DNA of 64,000 nucleotides from Bugula neritina (Eukaryota; Animalia; Bryozoa), in assembly GCA_964035545.1 (NCBI GenBank), contig OZ037766.1:23986126-24050125 (forward strand). The letters are read 5' to 3'. Numbering within the stretch: position 1 is the first letter of the stretch; each line of letters starts with the position of its first letter. The translations under genes and the position numbers were made by a program. The notes beneath the pieces were generated by a model, which made no database searches, was not told where the DNA came from, and saw nothing but the letters and a program-made list of their open reading frames with translations. Shown here piece after piece: positions 14,801-28,640 of this stretch.

Positions 14801-17800
14801 CATAAAGAAATACCTACACTTTGTTTTTGTAGTTTCGGTCTCAATTATAAGCTAACCATGCTTGTTGTAAAGTATGTATAATGCCGTAAAGGTTTCTGAC
14901 TTTTTAGTGTGTGCATGGAAGCCTTTTATCACAATAATTGACAAAAATCAGGTGGACTTATCTCAATGACAAGACAATTATTGTTGCCTTTATGATTTAA
15001 CTATAAGAACGGACTTTATGTTGTTTCACTTACAATTTACAAACTCAATTAGTTCAAATGAAAACTACAATTTTTCAAAAATGTGTGATGTAGTTACAAA
15101 AATCACATTTAATATACCAAAGCAACTCAACTACATTTTAGGGTGTGAGTGCAATAATCATGCGAGCAGTTGCCATTTTGATCCCGCTGTCTACCACGCC
15201 TCGGGAAACGTCAGCGGAGGTGTTTGTGATAATTGTCTGCATAACACTGCTGGCCTCAACTGTGAGGCTTGCAGACCTGGCTTTTACCAAGACCCAGTGA
15301 AGGATTTGAAAGACAGATATATATGTCAGCGTGAGTGAATCACAATATCATAGCATTCGACTACTGATATATTATCGCATTATTCTCGCATTGTTATATA
15401 ACGTATTATTATATTTTATTACATTATATTATGTTATGTTATCTTATTTTATATTATATTGTCTTTTATTCTATTTTCTTGTATTATTGTAAGTTATATA
15501 AGAGTGTATTATATTGTGTTATAATTTATTATATTATAATATATTATGTTATAATCTTTTATATCGTATTATATTATTTTACAATATATTATATTATGCT
15601 TTTTAAATTATATTATATTATATATGGTAGTTCTTCTAGACCAAGCAGCTACATGTCACCGAATAAGCATTTTTAGCAAAAAATCTAAATGGAGGAATTA
15701 TAGTGAAATCACATTAATCGTAGACAGGCAAAAAAGATGTCTTAACTTCCAACGTTTGAACTTGTCCATATAATCTGTGAACTATATAATTGAAGCTCTA
15801 TATATGTGATGTTGTAGCATGTAACTGCAGCTTGTTAGGTGTAGACCCAAACTCCGTGGAGCCATGTAATGAACGAAATGGACAATGCATGTGTTTACCT
15901 AATGTGGTTGGCAGATCATGTGACCAATGTTTGCAAAATCATTGGGGGTTGGCAAGTGGTGCAGGTTGTCTGCCATGCATGTGTAGCCATGAAGGAAGTT
16001 CTTCTTTGCAGTGCAATGAGGTTGATGGACAATGTTCATGCAGAGCCGGATGGAGTGGAAGGCAGTGTGATCATGGTATGCTTTTACACCAGAGTGCTTA
16101 AATAATTCATATACGTATATAATATGATATTTAAAGTGTATTATATTATATAATGACGTGTATTCTATGAATTTGTTTATTTGCTACTTGTAGTAGTTTA
16201 AAAAAAAACTTGAGCAATTTTTTTTTAAATATACAATAAGTTTTCACAAAAACTCACGAACTATTAATTTTAATTCCTTTTTATAAGCTAAAACAATGCA
16301 TATTTTAATCATTATATGTGTGTATGTATATTACAGTCTTATACTTTTTTAGTTATGGAACGGTTAAATAGTTCTTGTCCACATCAAAATCTTACTGGCT
16401 ACTTGATTCCGGGACAAACAAAGGTCAAGGTCAAGCTGCTCGATGACTTTTTTGGTGTTTTGGCAGAAGGAGTTCATCAATTTGTCAACTTATATGATTC
16501 TGAAGAGTGCATTTATTTTGCCAACATTATGAGTGAGTCAATTAGTTGAACACTGCTTTGTAGTAACTTCTCATTAGTGCAATGAGTCATGAGTTATACA
16601 GCTTTTAATACACCCTATACTCATATTTGACAGTGTAACAACTATAAGAGCATCATTATGCATTGGCATGTATACTGGTTACGAATTTATAGTGATATAT
16701 TTGTTATTACCTTCTACCAAGGGGATATAATTTCTTGCTACTGTATTTTACCATCTTTAGGAATATCTCAATAGTTTTTGAAATTTTTTATATGGTTGCT
16801 TTTAAGCCCCTTTACATACCACATCCAAAAGAAACTGCAGGTGTTACAAAATGTTTTTAATTTAGTTGAGTAGTAATAAATAAAAACACAATTGCTTGTG
16901 ATGTGCAAATACTGTGCAAAATTTTGTTTACTTGCATAAATTTTCTGTTTGCTTACACTTGAATATATTGTTTGTATCGACATAGACTCACCAATACTTA
17001 GAAGACTGACGTTCAAAGCTAGCTATGATGATGTGCCATGTCATTTAACTGTGAATTTATTTAGCGTGGTTTCTATAATCAGAGCTTTAAAGAATCAGAT
17101 TGATAACTTTCAAGAAGTTTGCAACAATGGTAAGTTACTCTTTTCAAGATAAAACTTTATTACTCTTATTTACTAAAAAGTGTTTTGAAATATTAAGGGA
17201 ATACTTTAATGCTTATATAAACATATAAAATATTATTTAGACTGTCACATGTCTACTGAGATGTCACCTTCATATGAATGTCAAAGAAATGTGCTGACAG
17301 TCTATTGGCCAACTGACAATGTGTACTCTGTTGACACAAAGGAAGTTCCTGGTGACCTGAGAGTTACTCTGAGAGAGAGGCTGGTTGATCACGAGACAAC
17401 ATATTCGGAGATTAGGGTTCCGATTCTTACCCAAACGTAAGTAGAGCGTAATACTGATAACATTACACAATAGTGTAATGTTATATAGTACAGTGTAATA
17501 ATAATGGTGTAATGTAAGTATAGTGTAATGATAGTACTAATGTAATGCATGTACAGTGCAATGGCGTAAATACTTATATCATGTATAGATATAGTGTCAT
17601 GGTAATACTAGTGTAATGTAATTGTGATGTAATGATAACAATAAAGTAATGCAAGTATAACAATGTAATAATAATGCTAATGTAATATCATTACAGCTGG
17701 GTACAATGTTAAAACTTTAGTTAATTAGCAGGGAATCAGCAGTTTATTAAATTTAATATAAAAAAGCTTGAAAAGTTTTTTCACAGTTCATGCTGTTAGT

Positions 17801-18130
17801 TTCTTTATTTTTTTAGCAAGTTGCCTGTTTGTATAACTTTTTATTAATTCTAATGTGTTTAATGGAAACTATATTTTCATTATCATGATTATTTTAGGTT
17901 GTGATTCTACCAGCGGTATTTGCATTTTTCAAGGGATATACCAGGTTTATAATGTAAAAAGGTTTTAGTCTTGCATGCTGATAATAGAATTTAGTTGTGG
18001 TGCTTTTTATTCTGTTTACAGTGTTAAGGCAAGAAAAAATGTAAAAGGAGAAACGATACAACTGATACTCCGCTCAACCTGTGCTGATCACACCATGACA
18101 TATGACCCTATCAGTGATGTCTGTCGCTAA
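11870..18130 (+). CDS. LAMB1-like: Laminin beta-derived secreted protein, about 692 aa: signal peptide, LN domain, LE1, LE2, two distal-type LE repeats, and a ~210-aa non-laminin C-terminal module. No coiled coil.
   Basis: Exons 11870-11924, 12387-12949, 13335-13449, 14027-14175, 14534-14654, 15142-15330, 15818-16075, 16353-16532, 16986-17129, 17241-17436, 18022-18130 (2079 nt, open to TAA). Beta-LN motifs: [63 protein letters not shown]. Confidence 0.88.
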
Positions 18131-18712
18131 ATCAATGTGGAGACATCATTTGGAAAATCCAAATCTTTGCAGACTAATTTTGAAGCACATTTAATTGATG
18201 ACTTCAAAATTGTCAAGTAATTTAATATAATATTACAAAACATTCTGTTGTGTGCTAACTATGTTACATAACTGAATATTATAATCATCAATTGTAAAAA
18301 AAAGAAAACTAAAGCTAACTAGTATATTAATTTATCGTTTAAAAAATTCTTTGCATTTTCTTTGTGTATATGATTTTTATGTATATCGTATAAAGCATTT
18401 CTTCTACAGCTTCTGCCACAATTTTTATTTTGAATAAAAATCTGCAAGAGTTGTCTTTTCTTAACAGAACTGAGTTTGAAAATGCCCATCAGCATGCTTT
18501 TAATTTTATAACTGTAGAAATGACATATTATTTTAACTAGTAATTGCAATAAAAAAATGATACACTTTCCAAACGATCAATTTTAATGAACCAAACATGA
18601 TTTTATAGCAGTAAATTATTTGTTGATTTTAAAAAGTATTTTGATACAATGAAGTTATAGAGTTGTATTGCTGCATTGTACATAATAAACTTTAAAAACA
18701 GATAATTAAAGC

Positions 18713-19011
18713 TATCAACTGGTGTTAGAAGAAGGGCATGTAGTATGAGTCCTAACTATGTGTTTCTATTTAGCAGTAGTAAAGCAAAGATTGCTTGTCA
18801 CATGGCTTACAAGTTGAGAAATTCGCAAATATGAAAATTGAACATTGTAGAATAGTGTGTCTTAATCTGGTAACACTGTGTGTATGAGACTTTATTGTGT
18901 ATCTCATTCTACAGTTATTCTTTGAGTCTTCTTTGTAAGATTATCACTTCTTGGCAGGTCCTCCCTTGTCTGTGACGCTCTCAGCTGTTCACATTATATG
19001 CTTTTTGTCCT
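18713..19011 (+). repeat. Local duplicated segment, copy A (copy B at about 36063-36432)
   Basis: tatcaactggtgtt...gaagggcat...tatgtgtttctatttagcagtagtaaagcaaag...cttcttggcaggtcctcccttg is shared by both copies. Confidence 0.8.
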
Positions 19012-19316
19012 ATGTATACATGTATGTACGTATGTATACATGTATGTACGTATGTATGCATGTATGTACGTATGTATGCATGTATGTACGTATGTATGCA
19101 TGTATGTACGTATGTATGCATGTATGTACGTATGTATGCATGTATGTACGTATGTATGCATGTATGTACGTATGTATGCATGTATGTACGTATGTATGCA
19201 TGTATGTACGTATGTATGCATGTATGTACGTATGTATGCATGTATGTATGTATGTATGTATGTATGTATGTATGTATGTATGTATGTATGTATGTATGTA
19301 TGTATGTATGTATGTA
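19011..19316. repeat. (TATG)n-derived minisatellite with a 20-bp unit, left of Tc1
   Basis: (tgtatgtacgtatgtatgca)n followed by (tatg)n. Confidence 0.95.
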
Positions 19317-21088
19317 CAGTGCTGTGAAAAAGTTTAAGGACGCTTCCCTGTTTTCCATAATAGCAATGTTCCAAGCTAATTTTAAGACATAACTAATGCC
19401 TTTCCATAGGCATGGTGCCTATCAAAATGATCCTTAAAATCTCCTTATCTCATTCATATAAATTATAAGTGTCTCTTTTTACATCCTCTAAAAACTTAGG
19501 TGAAACAATGAGATACTATGCATATATGGGAATTATTCAACGTTCTCACAATTTGTGTGTACTGTAGAACATCAGAATATTTTACTTGAAACATAGAAAA
19601 ATATTATATGTGAATTGTTATACACATTATAGCAGCATTGCAAAACACAGTGCTTTAAATTTTAGTATCAATATTTTGTTGGCTAGCCTTTATTCTCAAT
19701 CACAAGTTGGCAGCGACGAGGCATCGACTTGTACAACTTCTCCAACTCCTTTTCAGTCACGACATGATGCCATGCATGAATTACAGGCTTTATGAGTGTC
19801 ACCTTAGTTGTTGGTTTTTGTGAAGAGACTATTTTAGCCATTCTTGACCATAAATTTCTTATTGGATTCAAGTCCCGGCTTTGTGCTGGCCAGTTAAGCG
19901 TTGAGACCCTCTGCTTTTTCATCCACTTTTTAACAGTTTTTGCCCAATGGCATGGTGCATTGTCATCTTCAAATATGTTAATTTCATTTAAAAAGAAGTT
20001 TTTTATGATTGGAAGGAGTTTAGCATTAAGATTCTCCATATATTTTTGAGCATTAACATCATTCCAGAGCAATTACTGAGTCGACCTACACTTTTTCGTG
20101 TTATGCAACCCTAGAACATAACACCGATAGAGTGCTTATTTGTTCGAAGAATAAATTAGGGGTTATGTTTTTCATACTGGTATCTTTTAACACAACAGTT
20201 TCCAGCATGGTTGTTCACATTAAATATGGATTCATCTGAAAAAATTACTTTTTTTCTAATCATTCACTGTCTAATTACCAGGCTCCCTGGTCCACCGTAA
20301 CCGGCTTTTTTGCTGCTTCTCGGTTGGTTGAGGCTTCCTCTTGCTTTGCGGCCATGTAAACCATGGCTCAGCAATCTTGCCTTATCAGGGATGTTGAAGC
20401 TGGTGTTCCTGTTGATTCTGACTATTCCTTGCCTACTCAAGACTTGTTTTATGGCAATCTTTCTTGCTGATCCCAATGAGAACCTTGTTATCTCTAGGTG
20501 TGCTTATTTTTGGTTGGCCATTTTCAGGTCCATCTGCTACACTACCAGTGTCCATAAACTTCTTGATAAATTGATGTACAGTTGTCTTTACTTTGCCAAC
20601 CTTTTCAGATATTTTCCTAATTGAATAACCTTCTTTTTGCAAGAAAATTATTACAAACTTTGCCTCTGAAGGAAGATTTACAGCTCTCATTTAGTCTATG
20701 GGCAGCACCCAAGTAGACACCATGTAAAATCTCACAACTAAATGACATATTTTAAATTATAAAAGAAAGTTATACTTTATGATATCATGATGCCACGCAC
20801 AAAGTCAAATTTCACTATTTAGCCTTTTGTGGTTATAAAAGTCGATAAACTTTGGTTACATAAAAATACAGGAGTTGCGCTTCCTTAGCTGCCTGTGCAC
20901 TTGGCCCAGAAATGGGTAGAAAAAATCACAACAGCAAGAATTTAGAAGATGGAAATTGTAGAGCACATTCTAAGGGTCATTTTGATATATAGAACTTGCA
21001 GGAAAATATTAAGAACTTACAAGAAATGCCTATTAAACAAGATACATAGAAATTTCTGCAAGCATCCTTAAACTTTTTCACATCACTG
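19317..21088 (-). mobile_element. Tc1/mariner DNA transposon, defective
   Basis: TIRs of about 28 bp (cagtg[c/a]tgtgaaaaagtttaagga[c/t]gct) with TA on both sides. Transposase remnants lie on the minus strand. Confidence 0.93.
19683..20690 (-). pseudogene. Tc1 transposase pseudogene
   Basis: HTH start MRAVNLPSEAK...GYSIRKISEKVG, then FSDES, FEDDNAPCH and DLNPIRNLW (catalytic E of DLNPIEN replaced by R). Split across frames by stops and frameshifts. Confidence 0.9.
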
Positions 21089-21096
21089 TATGTATG

Positions 21097-21130
<34 letters not shown>

Positions 21131-21545
21131 TGTATGTATGTATGTATGTATGTATGTATGTATGTATGTATGTATGTATGTATATATGTATGTACGTATG
21201 TATGTACGTATGTATGTACGTATGTACGTACGTATGTACGTATGTATGTACGTATGTATGTACGTATATATGTACATATGTACGCATGTACGCATGTACG
21301 CATGTACGCATGTACGCATGTACGCATGTACGCATGTACGCATGTACGCATGTACGCATGTACGCATGTACGCATGTACGCATGTACGCATGTACGCATG
21401 TACGCATGTACGCATGTATGTGCGTATGTATGTGCGTATGTATGTGCGTATGTACGCATGTACGCATGTACGCATGTACGCATGTACGCATGTACGCATG
21501 TACGCATGTACGCATGTATGCATGTAGGTATGTATGTATACATAT
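21089..21545. repeat. (TATG)n / (TACGCATG)n compound microsatellite, right of Tc1
   Basis: Directly visible 4-, 8- and 12-bp units. Confidence 0.95.
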
Positions 21546-22171
21546 ACTCATGCATATGTCTTCATTTATTTATTTGTTGCTTCTGGCACTTCATAATAAT
21601 ATCTTATATAATCTGATATGCAGATTTTTTATATCAATTAGTTATAAGGGTTCTAATTTGATTTGTATGTTTATACATGCCATGCAATACTTTGCAATAA
21701 AATTTTAGAATAATATGATTTTGTTCACTGTAATACAGGATAAGCAGAGAGGTGGGAAAATAGGCATCGTTATCATGTGTCATTGCAGATAGGGAGAATT
21801 ATATTCTTTTCAAGTAGAATTCATGTTTGCATCAGTTGAAAAATCTATTAACCTTATAATGCGTTATGTATTTTTTTATTATTGAATTATATACCAACAA
21901 AGATAACGATATTTAAAAACACAACATAATTGCATCAGTCGTTCTGTGGTGCACAGCAACATAGCCTTTGCAAGAACTTTCTAAATCTTTTTGTTCTAGA
22001 AGTTCCCTCTCCTGCCACTCTTTCTCCTAAAACGGAAAAGATCGTCAGTGTTACTCGAAGTATATCATACTTTACACACCACAGGTGATATGGCAAGACA
22101 TTTTCAGAATCTTCAGATGCTATAAAATTAGGAGATATAAGTTTACAAATTTATATTCAACAGTAACTTAC

Positions 22172-24657
22172 CATTATTATATCCATCAGTAGTAATTTTC
22201 TCTGTAGCTTCCACTAATCCATTTCCTTTGGCCATCTTCAAAGTGACATCACTTTTTTTGCAATGCTTAATTCTACCAACTTTTTCCAAACTTTTTATAC
22301 TTTGATTTGGCTGTTCAGTGATAAAGCGCTCATCTTCCTTTATGACCATATCATCTCCAGTTATTTCTCCATCTTTATGCATCAGATCTTCTATATTAAC
22401 AAGCTTCTTTTTCTCCACCAGGATCTCAACATCTGTAATCTTTCCTGATTCACACTTTGATTTTTGTTTCTTATCCTGCTCATCTTTCTCTACCACTAAC
22501 TCATCTTTAATTGTCTGTCCTGATCCATGCTTTGGCTCTCGTTTTTTAACAGCCTCATCTTTCTCCATTACTATATCATCTCTGACCATATCAACAGCTT
22601 CATGCTGGCACTTTTGGTTTTCAACAGGCTCACCCTCCTCTCCACCAATTTCGCCTTTTGCCATAACTCCTGTGTTGGTCTTCAGCTCTTCCGTCTTATC
22701 AGACTGATCCTCGGCCACCACCATGTTATCTCGGAGCATCTCTCTTGTTTCATTCTTTTGCTCTTCTTTATTAACATTCTTATCTTCCTCCAACACCATC
22801 TCATTATCAACCATCTGTTCTGCTCCGAAATTTTGCCTTTGGTTTTCACCAGCCTCATTTTCCTCCCCCTCCATATCATCTCTGACCATTTCTATCACTC
22901 GATGCTTGCCCTCCTTGTTCCCAACAGACTCGCATTGCTCTACACCTATCTCGCCTTCTGCTGAAACTCCTGTTTTATGCTTTGGCTCATCCTTTGTAGC
23001 AGCCTCATTTTCCTCTATCACCATATCATCTCTGACTATCTGTCCTGCTCTATGCTTCTGCTCTCGTTTTTTACTAGGCTCATTCTCCTCTACCGCCTTC
23101 TTATTTTGGACCATCTTTCCTGTTTCATCTTTTGGCTCTTCTTTGTTAGTAAGTTTATCTTCCTCTACCACCATGTCATATTCTGTCATTTTTCCTGATC
23201 CACGCTTTGACTGTTCTTTCTTATCGTGCTCAACTTCTTTTTCTACTGTCTCATCTTTGACCATTTGCCCTGCTCCATGTTTCAACTCTCGTTTCTTACC
23301 AGCCTCATTCTCTTCTCTCTCTATATCATCTCTGACCATTTCTATTACTCGATGCTTGCCCTCTTTGTCCCCAACAGACTCGCATTGCTCTGCAACTTTC
23401 TCGCCTTCTGCTACAACTCCTGTTTTATGCTTTGGCTCATCCTTTGTAGCAGCCTCATTTTCCTCTATCACCATATCATCTCTGACTATCTGTCCTGCTC
23501 CATGCTTCTGCTCTTGTTTTTTACTAGGCTCATTCTCCTCTACCACCTTCTTATTTTGGACCATCTTTCCTGTTTCATCTTTTGGCTCTTCTTTGTTAGT
23601 AAGTTTATCTTCCTCTACCACCATGTCATATTCTGTCATTTTTCCTGATCCACGCTTTGACTGTTCTTTCTTATCGTGCTCAACTTCTTTTTCTACTATC
23701 TCATCTTTGACCATTTGCTCTGCTCCATGTTTCAACTCTCGTTTCTTACCAGCCTCATTCTCTTCTCTCTCTATATCATCTCTGACCATTTCTATTACTC
23801 GATGCTTGCCCTCTTTGTCCCCAACAGACTCGCATTGCTCTGCAACTTTCTCGCCTTCTGCTACAACTCCTGTTTTATGCTTTGGCTCATCCTTTGTAGC
23901 AGCCTCATTTTCCTCTATCACCATATCATCTCTGACTATCTGTCCTGCTCCATGCTTCTGCTCTTGTTTTTTACTAGACTCATTCTCCTTTACCACCTTC
24001 TTATTTTGGACCATCTTTCCTGTTTCAGCTTTTGGCTCTTCTTTGTTAGTAAGTTTATCTTCCTCTACCACCATGTCATATTCTGTCATTTTTTCTGATC
24101 CACGCTTTGACTGTTCTTTCTTATCATGCTCAACTTCTTTTTCTACTATTTCATCTTTGACCATTTGCCCTGCTCCATGTTTCAACTCTCGTTTCTTACC
24201 AGCCTCATTCTCTTTTTTCTCCATATCATCTCTGACCATTTCTATCACTCGATGCTTGTCCTCTTTGTTCCCAACAGACTCGCATTGCTCTACACCTATC
24301 TCGCCTTCTGCTGAAACTCCTGTTTTATGCTTTGGCTCATCCTTTGTAGCAGCCTCATTTTCCTCTATCACCATATCATCTCTGACTATCTGTCCTGCTC
24401 CATGCTTCTGCTCTCGTTTTTTACTAGACTCATTCTCCTCTACCACCATCTTATTGTGGACCATCTTTCCTGTTTCAATTTTTTGCTCTTCTTTGTTAGC
24501 AGGTTTATCTTCCTCTCCCACTATCCCATCTCCGACCATCTCTCCAGTTTCATGCTTTGACTGTTCCTTCTCAACAACCTCATCTTTCATTACCACTACC
24601 TCATCCTCTTTCTCCACACCAACTTCTGCTCCTGTTTCAGATCCATATCTTGCCCAG
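22172..24657 (-). CDS. Large exon encoding a Glu/Lys-rich repetitive protein (25-aa subunits in 150-aa higher-order repeats); function unknown
   Basis: Open for more than 820 codons, with acceptor ttttag at 24660-24658 and donor gtaagt at 22171. A 450-bp period is visible (22861/23311/23761/24211). Possible last exon 22119-21996; upstream exons are unresolved. Confidence 0.7.
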
Positions 24658-27600
24658 CTAAAATATTTAATAATATTAAGCTTCTCTCATATATGCTTAG
24701 TTGAAGTTGTAAAGTTACATGTTGTTTAGTAACTTTTTGCAGTGAAAACATACAGCTATAGAGAAGCAAACAAGCATCTGTAGGCTATTATAGATAAGTT
24801 CTATGCTGACACACACCATGGGGTTTATGCCATCTTCCTTTATGGTGTCAGGAAGAACATATCATCACATCTATATAACTACTGCGCTACATTAAAAGCC
24901 CTTTTTTCATGTTTCCAGCTTAGTCTGATGCTTGGACACTTTCAGTTATGAAGGCTTGCGACAATTATGGAAAATTTTAATCAAAAAATAAGTTTTATTG
25001 AAATAGATCTTCATTGCTATTCATATTTATTATACTAACAGTAATAAATTGTAAAATACTAAAACAACACTGACCTAGACTTATCGGAAATTAAACAATC
25101 GTAATAATTATTTCTTCAGCCGTGCCCTTTCCAGTATCACTAACAACTATTGGCATCTTCCAACCTAATGTGGCATCTATCTACTAAAGCTGAGTTGCTT
25201 TCTAAATAAATTATTATTATTTGCTTGTCAATAAAACTTATTTAATACAACTATATCTGACATAATATTCATCTCAACTTACGAGTCTACAGAGCTCTCT
25301 GCTGTGCCAATCTTCTTGATCACGTAAAAAATGAAAAAGGGCAATAAAAATATGCATATAGTTTGCAATAAAGGAACACTGAAATTAAAAATATCAGTCA
25401 ATAATACCTCCATTTTGTCTAATTTGCATATTCTATCAAATATAGCAATATTTTGATTGTTGGGAAAAATATATAAACCATATAAGGAAATTAGGTGCCC
25501 TATTGTTACAATTAACCTCTACACATTTTTTCGTATATATTACTATTAATAGTACAATGATTGTTCTGATTGTTTATGATATTCCATTGTTTTTACTGTG
25601 AATGTGTTGATTTAGGAGTTGTTTTTCCTAGAAGCTATGTTGCCTGGTACTTAACTTTATGCTTTGAAATTTCCATTCAAAAATCAAATAGCATATATTT
25701 TGAGTTTGAGTAATGATAGGATATATGTAAAATTAGTTTAACTATAAATTATTGTTTTCCAAAAAATATATACCAACAATTGCATTTAGCTTGCCAACAT
25801 ATTCATTTTTTATTAGGTAATTCTATAAATAATAAATACCATTTCAGTGACTTTGAAATGTATTATGTTTATTTGTAAAAACTTTTTATTTAAACATGAG
25901 CTGTGCATATAATATTAAATAATTTACAGTATTATTTATCACTTCTTATTATAATATATTCTTATGTAATACATTGCTACATGTTTATGGGTCACAGTTT
26001 TTTTATGCGTAACTTCAAAATTGACAAAAATATGAACTCTGCCCTATTTTCTTTCTATATGATGTAAAATATCATTTTATAGCAGTAGCAGCTTTAAGAT
26101 GAACAAAACCATAGGATTGATATATTCTGTCTGAGTTCTCAAGCAAACAGAGTCTTAAACATACATGTACATCATAATGCAGCATGTAGCAACCTTTGAC
26201 GTGTATATGCAAGTTTAGGTACCTTAGAAATTATAGCAATACAACCACTGTTCAAAGTGTAACAAACTAACATATTATGAGCAGCTTCGTATGAGATGAG
26301 TTGAAGACATTCATTGAACAAGCTGAGCTCGTGGTGCTCATCTCAGAGTTAAAAGTTGTGATACTCATATTAAACTTAATTTAAATTTACGTACATGCTT
26401 TAAAAGCCATGCAATGGTCAGACTTATTGAGTAAAATTTTAAGGGATAATTAGACCTTGGCCACAAATTGAAAAATTAATAACTTTCAAAAGTATGAAAA
26501 CCAAATGAGAAATCTACACAGCTGACAAGAATATTAGCAGCTAAAGAGGATGTTTTGTCAGTAACCTTGGTTTATTATTCATAAGACAGTGGAATAATTT
26601 TGTATAAATACTTCAAATTAGCATATTTGAAACTTTACAATAAATTCAAGTGTTCGATTAGCAATTAAAATTCTGTGCTACAATAGAAAAATGACAGGTC
26701 TTCGTATCTATTCTAAGTAGAAACACTAATTGCTTAGCAAACTCAATACCCATTTCTGACCAAACTAGTGGTAGTAATTGTTGAGTTAGCAGTCAATGGC
26801 ATTTAGTTAAACACTCTAATTACAACATATTGTATGACTGCTGATTTAGCTTTTAACCAAAAGTTTTTAATATTAGAAAATGTCAGTCTTTCATAGTTTA
26901 TGGTGTGTTTTGGCAACAAATATGTTTTTAATTCCTATTTTTATGTGGTAAATTATTTATTCACTAGATAGTCAGTTTGTCAGCATAGTTAGGAATAAAC
27001 AGTATGCCGTTGGCCAGTGTAATTCATAAATTATAACTCCCAGTTTTTTACTGATCTATGCTTGGCTTTAGCTGTAGCATATACAGTATCTTTGTTATAT
27101 ATATAAATACTGTAGTTTAATGCGCTACATATTTCTTAAGCTAACAAAGCTTTGTTTTTGCAGTAGTGTGTTAATAAAATATGTGTATATGATATTGCAG
27201 CTCCAGCACTGGATGGTAAACTTTCTTGCACTTCATTGATTAAATTTTATCCAAATTTATACCTTGCAAAATAATTCCAGCTTTATCATATTTATTTTTA
27301 AACATTTTAGGATAATTTTCGGAGTTTCTTCAAGTCTGATCATTTTTCACAAATGTTCATTTGATAAACTTTTCATAGTAAAACTTTGTGTAGTTGTTTA
27401 TCATGTTATATTTTAGTTAATATGGATTTCAGTATAGGCCTATTTCATGTTCGAAGAATATGAGTTCTAGCAACTATTCAATTATTTTAATTATGATACA
27501 AAGCCAAAGCATTGACTTACTGAGAAAAAGGATTAAAGAAAAAACTGCTAAACTCTTATTGACAGTATTTTTCAGTTAAGTAATAAGATCATGCAGCCAT

Positions 27601-27833
27601 TTTTAACTTTATCCTGTCACTTCTACGCAGTAATTTTCATCATGGCTGCATAAGAAAATAATAAAATCTCAGTTATTAGCTTTACCCAATTAATTTATCA
27701 ATTAGAAAACTGCATTTAGATCATTTTATAATTTTAAACACTCTAAATCCTGTAAAATTCTTTAGACCTAAGAAAATCTTCACTTGCATTTTAGACAAGA
27801 AATCAACATTAAGTAATTAACAACCAATATTGT

Positions 27834-28310
27834 TGTAAATTATAGGGTTCACAGCGTGTGGGTAATTAAGACGAGATAGAGTGTAGATTGATAATCAAAG
27901 AGTAGCAAATTTAATTAATATTTATTACACACGAATTATACAAGAGTTATAAAAAACGGCATACAAAAGAATGCACTACATAATTACCAACATTATCGTG
28001 CACAAGCTATAACTTAACTAAGCCGGCTCTACTTTAAGACAACATGGGCCCCTGGCTGGCTTATAGTGGCCCTTTTATACCCGCGAAGCTGTTGTAATAC
28101 AAGAATGATCAGGGGATCACTAGCCAATCTGTGAGGGGGGGGGGTGATCACTAGCCAATACGATGGGAGATAGCGTAGTGAAGCATATCATTGTGATTAG
28201 GGTGGAAAGTATAGCGTAGCGACCGTCAGGCCTAAATATGTTACGACGCTACTGTAGCAATGCGTAGCACAGGAGCTGCTCAGTTTCAAATTAGTCCGCA
28301 AATCTTTACA
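27834..28310 (-). mobile_element. Probable solo LTR
   Basis: tgtaaa...tttaca termini and higher GC than the flanks. On the minus strand, TATAAAAGGG (~28080) is followed by AATAAA (~27925). No clean TSD. Confidence 0.45.
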
Positions 28311-28640
28311 ATATTATTATGAAATTTATAGAAACCTGTTTATACAGAGATCAAATGGGGTATTTAGTTGTATCACACCCAAACCCAACATGCAAAGAGC
28401 TGTCATTAGTTCAAAATTGTAAAACTTACGATTTCATACCAACCTCTTGCTGTGCCAGCTGTAGGAAACTACATACCTCATGACTGGGGCCTGATTGTCT
28501 GTATATAGACAAAAACTTGGCTTGTTCAACTTTAGAGTTTTCTTGGTGTTGCAGAAAGACTGACGTATGCTGTCAAGGATGCTGCCATGCATGTAAATGG
28601 ACCAAACCTAGGATATAGGTGAGAGCCCTCACTACCTATA

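Noticed and set aside
11870-18130. Calling the plus-strand gene netrin-4 or a canonical laminin beta
   Set aside because: The C-terminus is neither recognisably NTR nor coiled coil, and no further laminin exons were found downstream in the window.
18951-21708. MYVC/HTYI-repeat ORFs
   Set aside because: Translations of (TATG)n-derived repeats lacking stops.
22723-24729. 668-aa Ser-rich plus-strand ORF and nearby hydrophobic ORFs
   Set aside because: Antisense shadow of the Glu/Lys-rich repeat exon.
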